Below, in pieces: positions 48,376-56,968 of a DNA stretch of 64,000 nt. The notes beneath the pieces were generated by a model, which was given only the letters and a program-made list of their open reading frames with translations, did not search any database and had not been told where the DNA came from. Source of the DNA: a bacterium (GTDB lineage: Bacteria; Patescibacteriota; Minisyncoccia; Phycocordibacterales; JAGLPS01). The DNA lies in contig JAUYHB010000006.1 in assembly GCA_030690305.1 (NCBI GenBank), forward strand, positions 5,668 to 69,667, read 5' to 3'. Position 1 is the stretch's first letter. Every line of letters starts with the position of its first letter. Position numbers and translations under genes: made by a program.

Positions 48376-50739
48376 TTATCTTACTTTCCAATTTTTTTCT
48401 TTTTCCAGAGCATCGGACACGCGTTTCATAACGACATTAATTTCTTCGTCGGAAAGAGTCTTTTCAAAGGATTGGAATACGAGGCGAAAGGCATATGAAG
48501 TTTGTTTGCCACCTTCGGCATTTGTTTTTTCGAACACGTCAAACAGCCTGCTTTGGACAAGAAGGTCTCCCGCCTCTTTTGCAATAACGGAAAGAACAGT
48601 GTACGAGGTAATGCCGGATGGAACAAAAAGCGAAATGTCGCGAAGCATGAATGGATATGCAGAAATTTTCTCTACTTGTTTGGGGTGCTCATTGATACTT
48701 TCTTTTTCATAGGCTTTCGGTTCGGGAAGGGAGTCTATGATGTCGCCAAGGTCGATTTCATAACAAGTTTCGGAAACGGGAGGCAACTGCACGCCAAGAT
48801 GTTTCCCAAGATTTTCAACTGTCTCTGCCAGTTCCTCTATTTCCTTTTTCTCTTTTGATTTTTGTCCTTTTAACGCAAGAGTGAAAGAAAGTATTTCTCC
48901 TTTCATGGAAAAAACCGTCCCGATTTCAAAAATTTTAACCGCATCCAATCCAAGTAGGTCCGCATTTCGAAGATTTTCTTCAAGCGCTTTTTTGACCCCT
49001 CCTTGCAAATTTGGTCTCAAAAAATTTTTGTCCTCGGCAAGCGGATTGGCAATTTCAATGTCTCCGTGAGAAATAAGTGAATATGTGTACGTTTCGGAAA
49101 AGCCTTTCTCTATAAGGAAATGCCGAATGACACTCGTGTAATAAAAACGTTTGTGCACGGGCGGTTTGGAGGCCTTAGGAGGCATCACTGAGGCAATTTT
49201 GGAATATCCATAGACCCGTCCGATTTCCTCAGCAAGGTCTTCCTTGATACGGACATCAAGGCGTGTAAAAGGCACAGTAACAACAAAGCGTTCTTCCTCG
49301 GAGGGTATGTGGCGGCGGTAGCCGGCAATGTGCTTAAATCTGTCGCTTTCTTTTATTTTTTCAATCACAACCTTTCCCGCTTTCTGCGTAGCGTGGGCGA
49401 CTTCTCCGTCGCCAATATATACTCCACAATGGTCAACTCCTTCAGGGACCTTTGTCCCTTTTAAAAATTCTTTTGTTTCGTAGTGAACGCCATGCTCTCC
49501 AACTCCGGTATTTGCGTAAATAACATCCCCCGGTTTGGTTTCTTTCTCGGAAACCGGAGAACCCCACACATATTGGTCAACGGAAATACGTGGAATGCCT
49601 ACACCGGCGCTAACGTAAAGATATGCAACAAAAGAGGAACAATCAAAGGCCTGTCCACCTTCCCTGCCAACACTTGCTCCGCGTTTGTATGGGGTACCGA
49701 TATACTTTTTCGCGTCTTCAACTATTTTTTTTCTCGGAGAAACTATTTCATAAGAAAAACCCGCGCGGGTTAAGATATTTTCGATGTCTTTTTTCTGAAG
49801 TGCAATGCCCAGTATTTGTTCAATTTCATTTTTTGAAATTCCCACTTTGTATTGAACCTCATGATTCGGATATATATCAACAACGCCCTCCACGCTTGTT
49901 TTGTCTCCATGGGCTATGTCGAGAATGAGGGTGACAACCGATTGCATCGCTTCCATAGCGAGAGTGGCGGAAATTTCGTTTTCAAAACGAAGTGACGCAT
50001 CGGTACGCAGGTTGAGATCTTTGGAAAATTTTCTTACAAGAATCGGGTCGAAATTTGCGGCTTCAAGAACAATATTTTTTGTCTGAGAAGAAATTTCTGC
50101 TGCCCTGCCGCCCTTAATGCCCGCTATGCCGAGAATTGCACCTGAGTTTCCGTCCCGTATCAACGGAGTGCCCTGGGGAAGGTCGTATGTTTTTTCATCA
50201 AGTGCTTCCATCTTCTCTCCTTTCTTGGAGATATCAAGACTGATAGAAATTTTATCCGCCTTCTTTTCGAATTTGTCGGCATCAAAAGCATGAAGGGGCT
50301 GACCCAAAGAAAACATAACGTAGTTTGTTGCGTCAACAATATTATTGATTGAACGCTGGCCGATTGCTTCAAGACGCTTTTTAAGCCACTCGGGGCTTTG
50401 ACCCACTTTTATATCCCTGACCAAAGCTCCGACATATCGTCTGCAAAACGGATGCGCGAGAGAAATGGAAAGAGTTTTCGAGATGGGATATTTTTCAGTT
50501 TTTTCTTCTTTTTTAAGTGGAAGGTTCAGAAGCAGCGCCGCCTCCCGCGCAATTCCGCGATGTGAAAGACAGTCGTGATTCCTGTTTGGCAGAACGGCAA
50601 GATCAAAAATCACATCCTCCCCTTTCTCCTCAACCGATTCAACTTCAAAAGCCGACATTTCAATCGCTTCCGTGAACACGTCGGGCTTGGGAAGACTCCC
50701 CAAAATATAATCTGCAAGCCAGTGGTAACTTATTTTCAT
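48376..50739 (-). CDS. pheT: Phenylalanyl-tRNA synthetase beta subunit carrying an internal NlpC/P60 peptidase domain.
   Basis: It has a PheT N-terminus (MKISYHWLADY), B3/4 and B5 domains, a catalytic-like domain and a C-terminal FDX-ACB domain. Between B5 and the next domain lies a roughly 150 aa insert, YIGTPYKRGAS...GQAFDCSSFVAYLY...GDVIY...DHCGVYIGDGEVAHA, that matches the NlpC/P60 Cys-His fold. Confidence 0.85.
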   Translation of the reverse strand: MKISYHWLADYILGSLPKPDVFTEAIEMSAFEVESVEEKGEDVIFDLAVLPNRNHDCLSHRGIAREAALLLNLPLKKEEKTEKYPISKTLSISLAHPFCRRYVGALVRDIKVGQSPEWLKKRLEAIGQRSINNIVDATNYVMFSLGQPLHAFDADKFEKKADKISISLDISKKGEKMEALDEKTYDLPQGTPLIRDGNSGAILGIAGIKGGRAAEISSQTKNIVLEAANFDPILVRKFSKDLNLRTDASLRFENEISATLAMEAMQSVVTLILDIAHGDKTSVEGVVDIYPNHEVQYKVGISKNEIEQILGIALQKKDIENILTRAGFSYEIVSPRKKIVEDAKKYIGTPYKRGASVGREGGQAFDCSSFVAYLYVSAGVGIPRISVDQYVWGSPVSEKETKPGDVIYANTGVGEHGVHYETKEFLKGTKVPEGVDHCGVYIGDGEVAHATQKAGKVVIEKIKESDRFKHIAGYRRHIPSEEERFVVTVPFTRLDVRIKEDLAEEIGRVYGYSKIASVMPPKASKPPVHKRFYYTSVIRHFLIEKGFSETYTYSLISHGDIEIANPLAEDKNFLRPNLQGGVKKALEENLRNADLLGLDAVKIFEIGTVFSMKGEILSFTLALKGQKSKEKKEIEELAETVENLGKHLGVQLPPVSETCYEIDLGDIIDSLPEPKAYEKESINEHPKQVEKISAYPFMLRDISLFVPSGITSYTVLSVIAKEAGDLLVQSRLFDVFEKTNAEGGKQTSYAFRLVFQSFEKTLSDEEINVVMKRVSDALEKEKNWKVR

Positions 50740-50741
50740 AA

Positions 50742-51446
50742 TTAAAACTGATTGATAAGGCGCATGTCTCCGTTATACAAAAGCCGCACATCGGGAATAC
50801 CGTATTTAAGCATTGCAAGACGGTCAAGCCCGCCCCCAAATGCAAAACCACTCCATTGCCCGGGGTGAATACCCGCCGCTTGAAGTGCGTGTGGGTGAAC
50901 CATGCCCGCGCCCATGACTTCAAGCCATTTACCTTGAAACTCAATATCTATTTCAACTCCCGGTTCAACAAACGGAAAATAACTCGGACGGAAACGGATT
51001 ATTATATCTTTTGAAAGAATTTTTCTGAAATACGCTTCAAGAATTGCCTTGAGATGTGCAAGAGAAACGTTCCGGTCTATCATCAGGCCCTCAAGTTGGT
51101 AAAACTGCGATTCGTGGGTCGCATCCGTTGCCTCGTGACGGAAAACCTTTCCTGGTGAAATAATCCGCAACGGCGGCGTATGCGTTTCCATGTAGCGAAT
51201 CTGCACCGGAGAAGTGTGCGTGCGGAGCAATTTTCTGTCTTCAAGCGGCTTAAGCCAGAACGTGTCCCACATGTCACGGGAAGGATGGTGGGCGGGAATG
51301 TTAAGTGCGTCAAAGTTGTAACGCTCGGTTTCTATCTCCGGACCGGTCGCTACGGCAAAACCAAGCTCGTTGAAAATCGCATTGGATTCTTCAATAAGAA
51401 TGCTGATAGGATGCAGATGTCCTTTGCCCGGTTCCATACCCGCCAT
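50742..51446 (-). CDS. pheS: Phenylalanyl-tRNA synthetase alpha subunit, catalytic core only.
   Basis: It has class II motifs (FRPSYFPFVEPG..., GAGMVHP) and no N-terminal coiled coil. Confidence 0.9.
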   Translation of the reverse strand: MAGMEPGKGHLHPISILIEESNAIFNELGFAVATGPEIETERYNFDALNIPAHHPSRDMWDTFWLKPLEDRKLLRTHTSPVQIRYMETHTPPLRIISPGKVFRHEATDATHESQFYQLEGLMIDRNVSLAHLKAILEAYFRKILSKDIIIRFRPSYFPFVEPGVEIDIEFQGKWLEVMGAGMVHPHALQAAGIHPGQWSGFAFGGGLDRLAMLKYGIPDVRLLYNGDMRLINQF

Positions 51447-51681
51447 TATATAGAAAAGAAGGCTTTATTGTAAGCGCTTAGAACGCCCCCCGCCTTAGGC
51501 GGGTGGATGAATGAGCGCATAAAGTTATGGGCGAGCGGTGGCTCGCACTTTAACAACAAAAAACCCACGGTCTCGTGCCAACACCCTGTGCTCTTGGCAG
51601 GAGGTTTTTTATTTCAAAGTTTTTTCCCGAAGAAAATTTGTAAAATAGCCAAAGAGGGGTATAATCAGGGAAAATTGAGAG

Positions 51682-52923
51682 ATGAATGACGCACAGACGG
51701 TGGTAATTTATATGCTTCTTTTTGTTTCCCTCTATTTTGAGGTTTTTTTGCTTGTAACGTATCTCGAAAAAAGAATTCAGATTAAATACGAGACGTCGCG
51801 TAAAAACACTTTTTTCCCTTCGGTTTCAATCATTGTTCCCTGTTTTAACGAGGAACACACCGTGGTAAAAACCATTCAATCACTTCTGCGTCTCGATTAT
51901 CCGGAAGAAAAAATTGAAATTATTGTCGTGAATGACGGAAGCCGCGATAAAACAGCGCAAATACTGAAGGAAAATTTTTCAACCGAAAAAAGAATCACCG
52001 TGCTCCATAAAGAAAATGGAGGAAAGTACACCGCCCTAAATTACGGCCTAACACATTCACACGGAGAATTTGTCGGTTGTCTGGATGCGGATTCTTTTGT
52101 TGAGCCGAGCACCCTTTCCAATATCATCTCGTATTTTGAAGATAAGACGATAATGTCGGTAGTTCCATCAATCATCGTTCACAGCCCGTCGACCGTCATC
52201 CAGTCGTTTCAGCAAGTCGAGTACCAATGGGGTATATTTTTGCGTAAAGTTCTTTCATATCTTGGAGCGTTATATGTTACTCCGGGTCCATTTTCTATTT
52301 TTCGCAGAGAAATATTCAATGTAATAGGAACATATACGGAAGGACACAAAACGGAAGACCTTGAGTTTGCTCTTCGTCTGCAAAAAAATCATTACAGAAT
52401 CGCAAATGCTCATAGTGCGTATGTTCATACTGTGGCTCCGAAAACGCTCAAGACCCTGTATGCCCAACGTCTCCGATGGACGTATGGATTTCTTAAAAAC
52501 GCTTTTGATTATCGGGAACTGTTCTTCAAGAAAGAATACGGTCACTTAGGGCTCTTTGTTCTTCCAATGGCAGCGGGAACTATTTTTACAACTCTGTATA
52601 CGGTAGGAAACGTCATTTTTGAAATGCTTATGAAGGGCGTTGAAAAGTGGGTTGAAATCGCCACGGTAGGAGTGGATATCTCCTGGAAAGGCTTTCATTT
52701 TGATTGGTTTTTTCTCAATACCGACGGGATTTTATTCCTCAGTACGATATTGTCGGTCATAACCGTATTGCTTATCCTTATTGGGAAAAAGCTTGCTGTT
52801 GGAAAGATGACTTTCTCAAGAGACCTTGTTTACTTTTTTCTCCTCTTCCCTTTTATTACACCTTTATGGCTTGGAACAGCGATTTACCGCGTCGCCTTTT
52901 CAAAAAAGGTAAGTTGGAGATAG
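51682..52923 (+). CDS. Processive family-2 glycosyltransferase, membrane-embedded (PgaC/IcaA/cellulose-synthase-like).
   Basis: It has an N-terminal TM, VSIIVPCFNEE, a DGS, a DAD and the QRLRW (QxxRW) motif, followed by C-terminal TM helices. Confidence 0.8.
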   Translation: MNDAQTVVIYMLLFVSLYFEVFLLVTYLEKRIQIKYETSRKNTFFPSVSIIVPCFNEEHTVVKTIQSLLRLDYPEEKIEIIVVNDGSRDKTAQILKENFSTEKRITVLHKENGGKYTALNYGLTHSHGEFVGCLDADSFVEPSTLSNIISYFEDKTIMSVVPSIIVHSPSTVIQSFQQVEYQWGIFLRKVLSYLGALYVTPGPFSIFRREIFNVIGTYTEGHKTEDLEFALRLQKNHYRIANAHSAYVHTVAPKTLKTLYAQRLRWTYGFLKNAFDYRELFFKKEYGHLGLFVLPMAAGTIFTTLYTVGNVIFEMLMKGVEKWVEIATVGVDISWKGFHFDWFFLNTDGILFLSTILSVITVLLILIGKKLAVGKMTFSRDLVYFFLLFPFITPLWLGTAIYRVAFSKKVSWR

Positions 52924-52927
52924 AATC

Positions 52928-53608
52928 ATGCGAGAAGGGATTGAAATAAAAAAATATTTCTTTGTGTTGCTTATAACCACGGCAATTTTTTTTACTGCTT
53001 TTTATATTTCAAACTACCTCAATGACAAGAAACTGACCGAACTGAAAACCATTGAAAACAGAATCGCCATAGATATTCTCTCCTCCGAAACTCAGTATTC
53101 ACTCCTTGCCGAGTCGTCATGTCAAAATATAGGAGCGTCTGTTCTTTCCGAGGAGCTTGGTCCTCTCGGGGAAAAACTGGCCTTCGCGGAAGAAAGCCGC
53201 GGGACAGATAATCCGGAAGTGATCGCTCTCAAAAAATCCTACTCTCTTCTTCTGATCAAAGACTACTTGCTCATGAACAAAATCAGCGAAAAATGTAAAC
53301 TTGACCCTGTTTTTATTCTTTATTTCTATTCAAACGAAGGCGATTGTCCGGACTGTGTACGGGAAGGATACGTGCTTACCCGTTTGCGGGAAAAATATCC
53401 GACCCTTCGTATTTACGCGTTTGACTACAATCTCCCTCTTTCAGCGGTAAAAACACTTGTTTCGATCAAACGTATTGGCAAGGACTTGCCTGCCCTTGTT
53501 ATCAACGATAAGGCCTATTATGGGCTCAGGAGTGTTGAAGAAATTGAAGCCATCATACCGGAAATCAAGGCGCTGGCGGAAACCGCCTCATCGACTCCGG
53601 GAAGATAG
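52928..53608 (+). CDS. Membrane-anchored thioredoxin-like CxxC protein.
   Basis: It has an N-terminal TM and a GDCPDC motif in a thioredoxin-fold context. It starts 5 nt after the GT2 stop. Confidence 0.5.
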   Translation: MREGIEIKKYFFVLLITTAIFFTAFYISNYLNDKKLTELKTIENRIAIDILSSETQYSLLAESSCQNIGASVLSEELGPLGEKLAFAEESRGTDNPEVIALKKSYSLLLIKDYLLMNKISEKCKLDPVFILYFYSNEGDCPDCVREGYVLTRLREKYPTLRIYAFDYNLPLSAVKTLVSIKRIGKDLPALVINDKAYYGLRSVEEIEAIIPEIKALAETASSTPGR

Positions 53609-53633
53609 CATTTTGACCGGTTCACTTTCAGTG

Positions 53634-53706
53634 AGCCGCCTCCCAGACTTGAACTGGGGACCTTCGCTTTACAAAAGCGTTGCTCTACCAACTGAGCTAA
53701 GGCGGC
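53634..53706 (-). tRNA. tRNA-Thr (anticodon UGU).
   Basis: The cloverleaf was folded by hand: acceptor GCCGCCT/AGGCGGC, D-arm GCTC-AGTTGGTA-GAGC, anticodon loop TT-TGT-AA, T-arm CCCAG-TTCAAGT-CTGGG, discriminator T. CCA is not encoded. Confidence 0.85.
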
Positions 53707-53735
53707 GTGTTCTAAACAGTACCAAAAAGAAAAGC

Positions 53736-54158
53736 TTATTTCAAAGTTTCCGTTTCTTTCTCAACATTTTTCTCACTTCTCCCCTCATTCCCGTTCTTAT
53801 ATTCGGAAACCTGTTTCAAAAAGTCGGAATTTGTTCCGTTGTTTTTGAGGGGGTATTGCCCCCGGGAAGATTCTTTGAATGTATTATATTTTTTTTGAAG
53901 ATTGTTGAGAAAATTCAAAGCGGAATTTTTTATTCTTTGAAACGCCAACTTCAGTTGGTGTTTCAAACTCCCCTCCCCTTCTCCCCGAAAAAAGAAAAAG
54001 AACGCGCTGATTTTCGGAGCAAAATAGTTATCGAAGTTTGCCAACCACAGAGAAAGCCCGAACGAGCGGCCTTGTCTGCGTTCAAACTCTTTTAGAACAA
54101 ACAACCCGACAAGACATGTAAGGGAGAAAACGAAGAGTGTAAAAACTATTTTCTCCAT
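53736..54158 (-). CDS. Hypothetical membrane-anchored low-complexity protein.
   Basis: It is an ORF downstream of tsf with an N-terminal TM and poly-Phe/Gly-Glu low complexity. Confidence 0.3.
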   Translation of the reverse strand: MEKIVFTLFVFSLTCLVGLFVLKEFERRQGRSFGLSLWLANFDNYFAPKISAFFFFFRGEGEGSLKHQLKLAFQRIKNSALNFLNNLQKKYNTFKESSRGQYPLKNNGTNSDFLKQVSEYKNGNEGRSEKNVEKETETLK

Positions 54159-54739
54159 TAGTCGATGGAAAAACGCGTAAAACGGACGACTTCCGTTTTT
54201 TCTCCGAATTTCTGAACCGCTTCTTCAATAAGATTTTGAATCGTTACTTCAGGGTTTTTAATAAATGCCTGGGCAAGCAGAACTCTTTCATTGAAATACG
54301 CATCAAGTTTCCCGGAAAGAATTTTTTCCTGAATTTCTTTCGGTTTTCCCGAAACCTCCTCGGAAAATACTTCCGTTGCCTTTGCCTTTGCGGCTTCGGG
54401 AATATCTTCTTTTTTCAAATATTCAGGATTAAGTGCCGCAACATGCATGGCAATATCATACGCAAGACGCTTGAATTCCTCGTTTCGGGCAACAAAGTCC
54501 GTTTCACAGGCAAGTTCAACAAGCACCCCCACCATTCCCGTATTGTGGATGTAAGCGGCAACGGTACCCGATTTAAGCTCGCGCGTCGCCTTTTTATCGG
54601 CAACAGCTTTGCTCTTTTTACGCAGGATGATAATCGCCTTTTCCTTGTCTCCTTGAGCTTCCTCAAGAGCCTTTTTGCATTCCATAACGGACACTCCGGT
54701 AATGTCTCGTAATTCTTTTATTTGTTCCGTAGTAATCAT
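54158..54739 (-). CDS. tsf: Elongation factor Ts, short form.
   Basis: It has an N-terminal UBA-like segment (ITTEQIKELRDITGVSVMECKKAL) and lies downstream of rpsB. Confidence 0.92.
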   Translation of the reverse strand: MITTEQIKELRDITGVSVMECKKALEEAQGDKEKAIIILRKKSKAVADKKATRELKSGTVAAYIHNTGMVGVLVELACETDFVARNEEFKRLAYDIAMHVAALNPEYLKKEDIPEAAKAKATEVFSEEVSGKPKEIQEKILSGKLDAYFNERVLLAQAFIKNPEVTIQNLIEEAVQKFGEKTEVVRFTRFSID

Positions 54740-54786
54740 AGTTATTTGCCTAAAGAACCAAAAAACGTGCGCGGAAGATTAAAGAT

Positions 54787-55494
54787 TTATTGAGATTTGA
54801 CGCTTTTACCTTCCTTAAACGCTTTAATAATAGTGTCTACAAAGAAAGAGATACTTGCGATCGATGCATCGTTACCCGGCATTGCGTGTTCAACATCTTT
54901 AAGATTACAGTCGGAACCGCATAGGGCGATGACAGGAATTTTTTTGGCCTGAGCCTCAGAAACGGCAATATGCTCGCGGCGAGGATCTATTACAAAAAGC
55001 GCTGCAGGCATGTCCTTGAGAGGAACAAGTCCCGAAAACAGTTTATGCATTCGTTCGATTTTTCGGTCGAGAAGAAGCCGTTCCATTTTTGTATATTTCA
55101 CAAATTCCCCTTTTTCCCTTTTGGAAAGGTGGTCTTCATACGCGGATACCTGTTTTCTTATTTGGCTGAAATTGGTAAGAATACCCCCGAGCCAACGGCC
55201 AGCGATATACGGCATTTCGATTGATTCCGCCGCTTTTCTCACAATGTCTTGTGACTCCTGTTTTCCGCCTACAAACAAAATGACACCTCCATTTCGGGCA
55301 ATGTCTTTTACAAAAAGACCCGCTTCCTCGAGAGACTCGCTTGTTTTTTCAAGATTGAAAATTTCTATTTTGTTTTTAACTCCCCAAAGATATGGCTTGA
55401 CCGAAGGATGACGACGAGAGCGCGTATAACCGAAATGCGCGCCGGCTTTAAACATCGCTTCAATCAAAGGATTTGGTTTTGTTGTTGTTTCCAT
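54787..55494 (-). CDS. rpsB: 30S ribosomal protein S2.
   Basis: It has the MFKAGAHFGYTRSRRHP signature. Confidence 0.93.
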   Translation of the reverse strand: METTTKPNPLIEAMFKAGAHFGYTRSRRHPSVKPYLWGVKNKIEIFNLEKTSESLEEAGLFVKDIARNGGVILFVGGKQESQDIVRKAAESIEMPYIAGRWLGGILTNFSQIRKQVSAYEDHLSKREKGEFVKYTKMERLLLDRKIERMHKLFSGLVPLKDMPAALFVIDPRREHIAVSEAQAKKIPVIALCGSDCNLKDVEHAMPGNDASIASISFFVDTIIKAFKEGKSVKSQ

Positions 55495-55616
55495 AAGGGA
55501 TTTTAATTTCTTGCTTTAGTTTTGTTGAGGATGGAATGTCGATTAAAAACTATCGGCACCCACTTCATTCACCAAAATAAAACAAGATATGGGCAAGTGT
55601 AACAGATTGTTTTTCC

Positions 55617-56600
55617 TTATGCAACCTGCGACTCGGGCGCGTCTTCAGGCGCGTCCAACACTTCCCTGTTACGCAATGATTCAATAATCGGACTGATATT
55701 TCCGGCGAGAATCAAGGCGATATTGTGCCATGATTCCTTTATTCGATGGTCGGTAATACGGTCCTGCAGAATATTATAGGTGCGGATTTTTTCCGACCTG
55801 TCAGCCGTCCCAACCTGGCTTTTTCTGTCTGAAGAAAATTGGGAACGCTGTTTTTCTTCTTCCATCAGGACAATCTTTGCCGCTAAAATACTCATCGCTT
55901 TTTCGCGGTTCTTAAGCTGAGTCCTTTCGGAGGTGCATCGCACGTCGATTCCGGTTGGCTTGTGTATAAGACGGACGGCCGTTTCCACCTTGTTAACATT
56001 TTGACCACCCGCACCGCCTGAACGTGAGAACTCCATTTCCAGGTCAGAAGGGTTTATTTCAATAGTCACTTTCTTCGGTATCGGCAAAATGGCAACCGAA
56101 GCGGTTGAGGTGTGAACACGTCCGGATTTTTCTGTTTCGGGAACTCTTTGGATTCGGTGAACCCCCGTCTCGAAACGTAAATCTTTGTAGGAGTTTTTCC
56201 CCTTGATTTCGAAAGATGCTTCTTTGTATCCGTTAAGCGCGCTTTTTGATTCGTCAATTACCCTGACTTCCCACCCCTGAAGTTCGGCATATTTTCTATA
56301 CATTGAGGCGAGTTCAAAGGCAAACAAGGCAGCTTCTTCGCCGCCCGCACCGGCTCTAACCTCAAGAATAATCTCGTCAGGAAACGCTTCCGTTTTCTTT
56401 TCAACAAAAAGAATGTCTTCCATTTGTTTCCAGAGATTATTTTTCTGTTCCCGTATCTTTTTCAGTTCCTCATCGGCAAGCTCCTTCATGGATCCGTCTT
56501 CTGAAAGGACCTCCATTTCCTTCTCCTCTTTTTCAAAGGAAAGGAACATATCTGCAAGATATTTCGTTTTTTCGTTTGATTTGAATGCGTCTATATCCAT
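55617..56600 (-). CDS. prfA: Peptide chain release factor 1 with an unusual PET tripeptide.
   Basis: It has the GGQ motif ([11 protein letters not shown]) and RF1-type QRVPxT context. Here the tripeptide reads PET rather than the canonical PAT or PVT. Confidence 0.8.
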   Translation of the reverse strand: MDIDAFKSNEKTKYLADMFLSFEKEEKEMEVLSEDGSMKELADEELKKIREQKNNLWKQMEDILFVEKKTEAFPDEIILEVRAGAGGEEAALFAFELASMYRKYAELQGWEVRVIDESKSALNGYKEASFEIKGKNSYKDLRFETGVHRIQRVPETEKSGRVHTSTASVAILPIPKKVTIEINPSDLEMEFSRSGGAGGQNVNKVETAVRLIHKPTGIDVRCTSERTQLKNREKAMSILAAKIVLMEEEKQRSQFSSDRKSQVGTADRSEKIRTYNILQDRITDHRIKESWHNIALILAGNISPIIESLRNREVLDAPEDAPESQVA

Positions 56601-56642
56601 AGCACGGACAAAACACCCGCTTGGGAGCGGGCGTGTAGTGAG

Positions 56643-56927
56643 TTATTTTTTCCCCGAAGAAGCTTTCTTTGTCTTCTTTTCTGATGCGGCAACACGGGCT
56701 TTGAATCGTTCCACGCGCCCTGCGATGTCTAGAACTTTTTCTTGGCCGGTATAGAACGGATGGGAAGCGCTTGAAATTTCAACTTCGTATAGGGGATATT
56801 CCTTTTTGTCATCCCACGTTCCTTTTTTGTCGGTTTGCACAGTGGAAGAAACAAGGAAACGCGTTCCGCTTGAAACGTCTAAAAAGATGACGGGTCGGTA
56901 ATTTTTCGCGTGAATATCCTTTTTCAT
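56643..56927 (-). CDS. rpmE: 50S ribosomal protein L31, type B (lacks the Cys zinc motif).
   Basis: It has MKKDIHAKNYRPVIF...HPFYTG. Confidence 0.85.
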   Translation of the reverse strand: MKKDIHAKNYRPVIFLDVSSGTRFLVSSTVQTDKKGTWDDKKEYPLYEVEISSASHPFYTGQEKVLDIAGRVERFKARVAASEKKTKKASSGKK

Positions 56928-56968
56928 AAGGCCTCACTATATCAAAGAAAAGAATGGCTCGCAACCCG

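Noticed and set aside
54157-54161. Apparent 1-nt disagreement between my hand-indexed positions and the ORF-track coordinates at a few sites, for example the tsf stop and the 23905 start.
   Set aside because: This is most likely my own counting error on long lines. The ORF-track arithmetic was used for all reported coordinates, so individual ends may be off by 1 nt.
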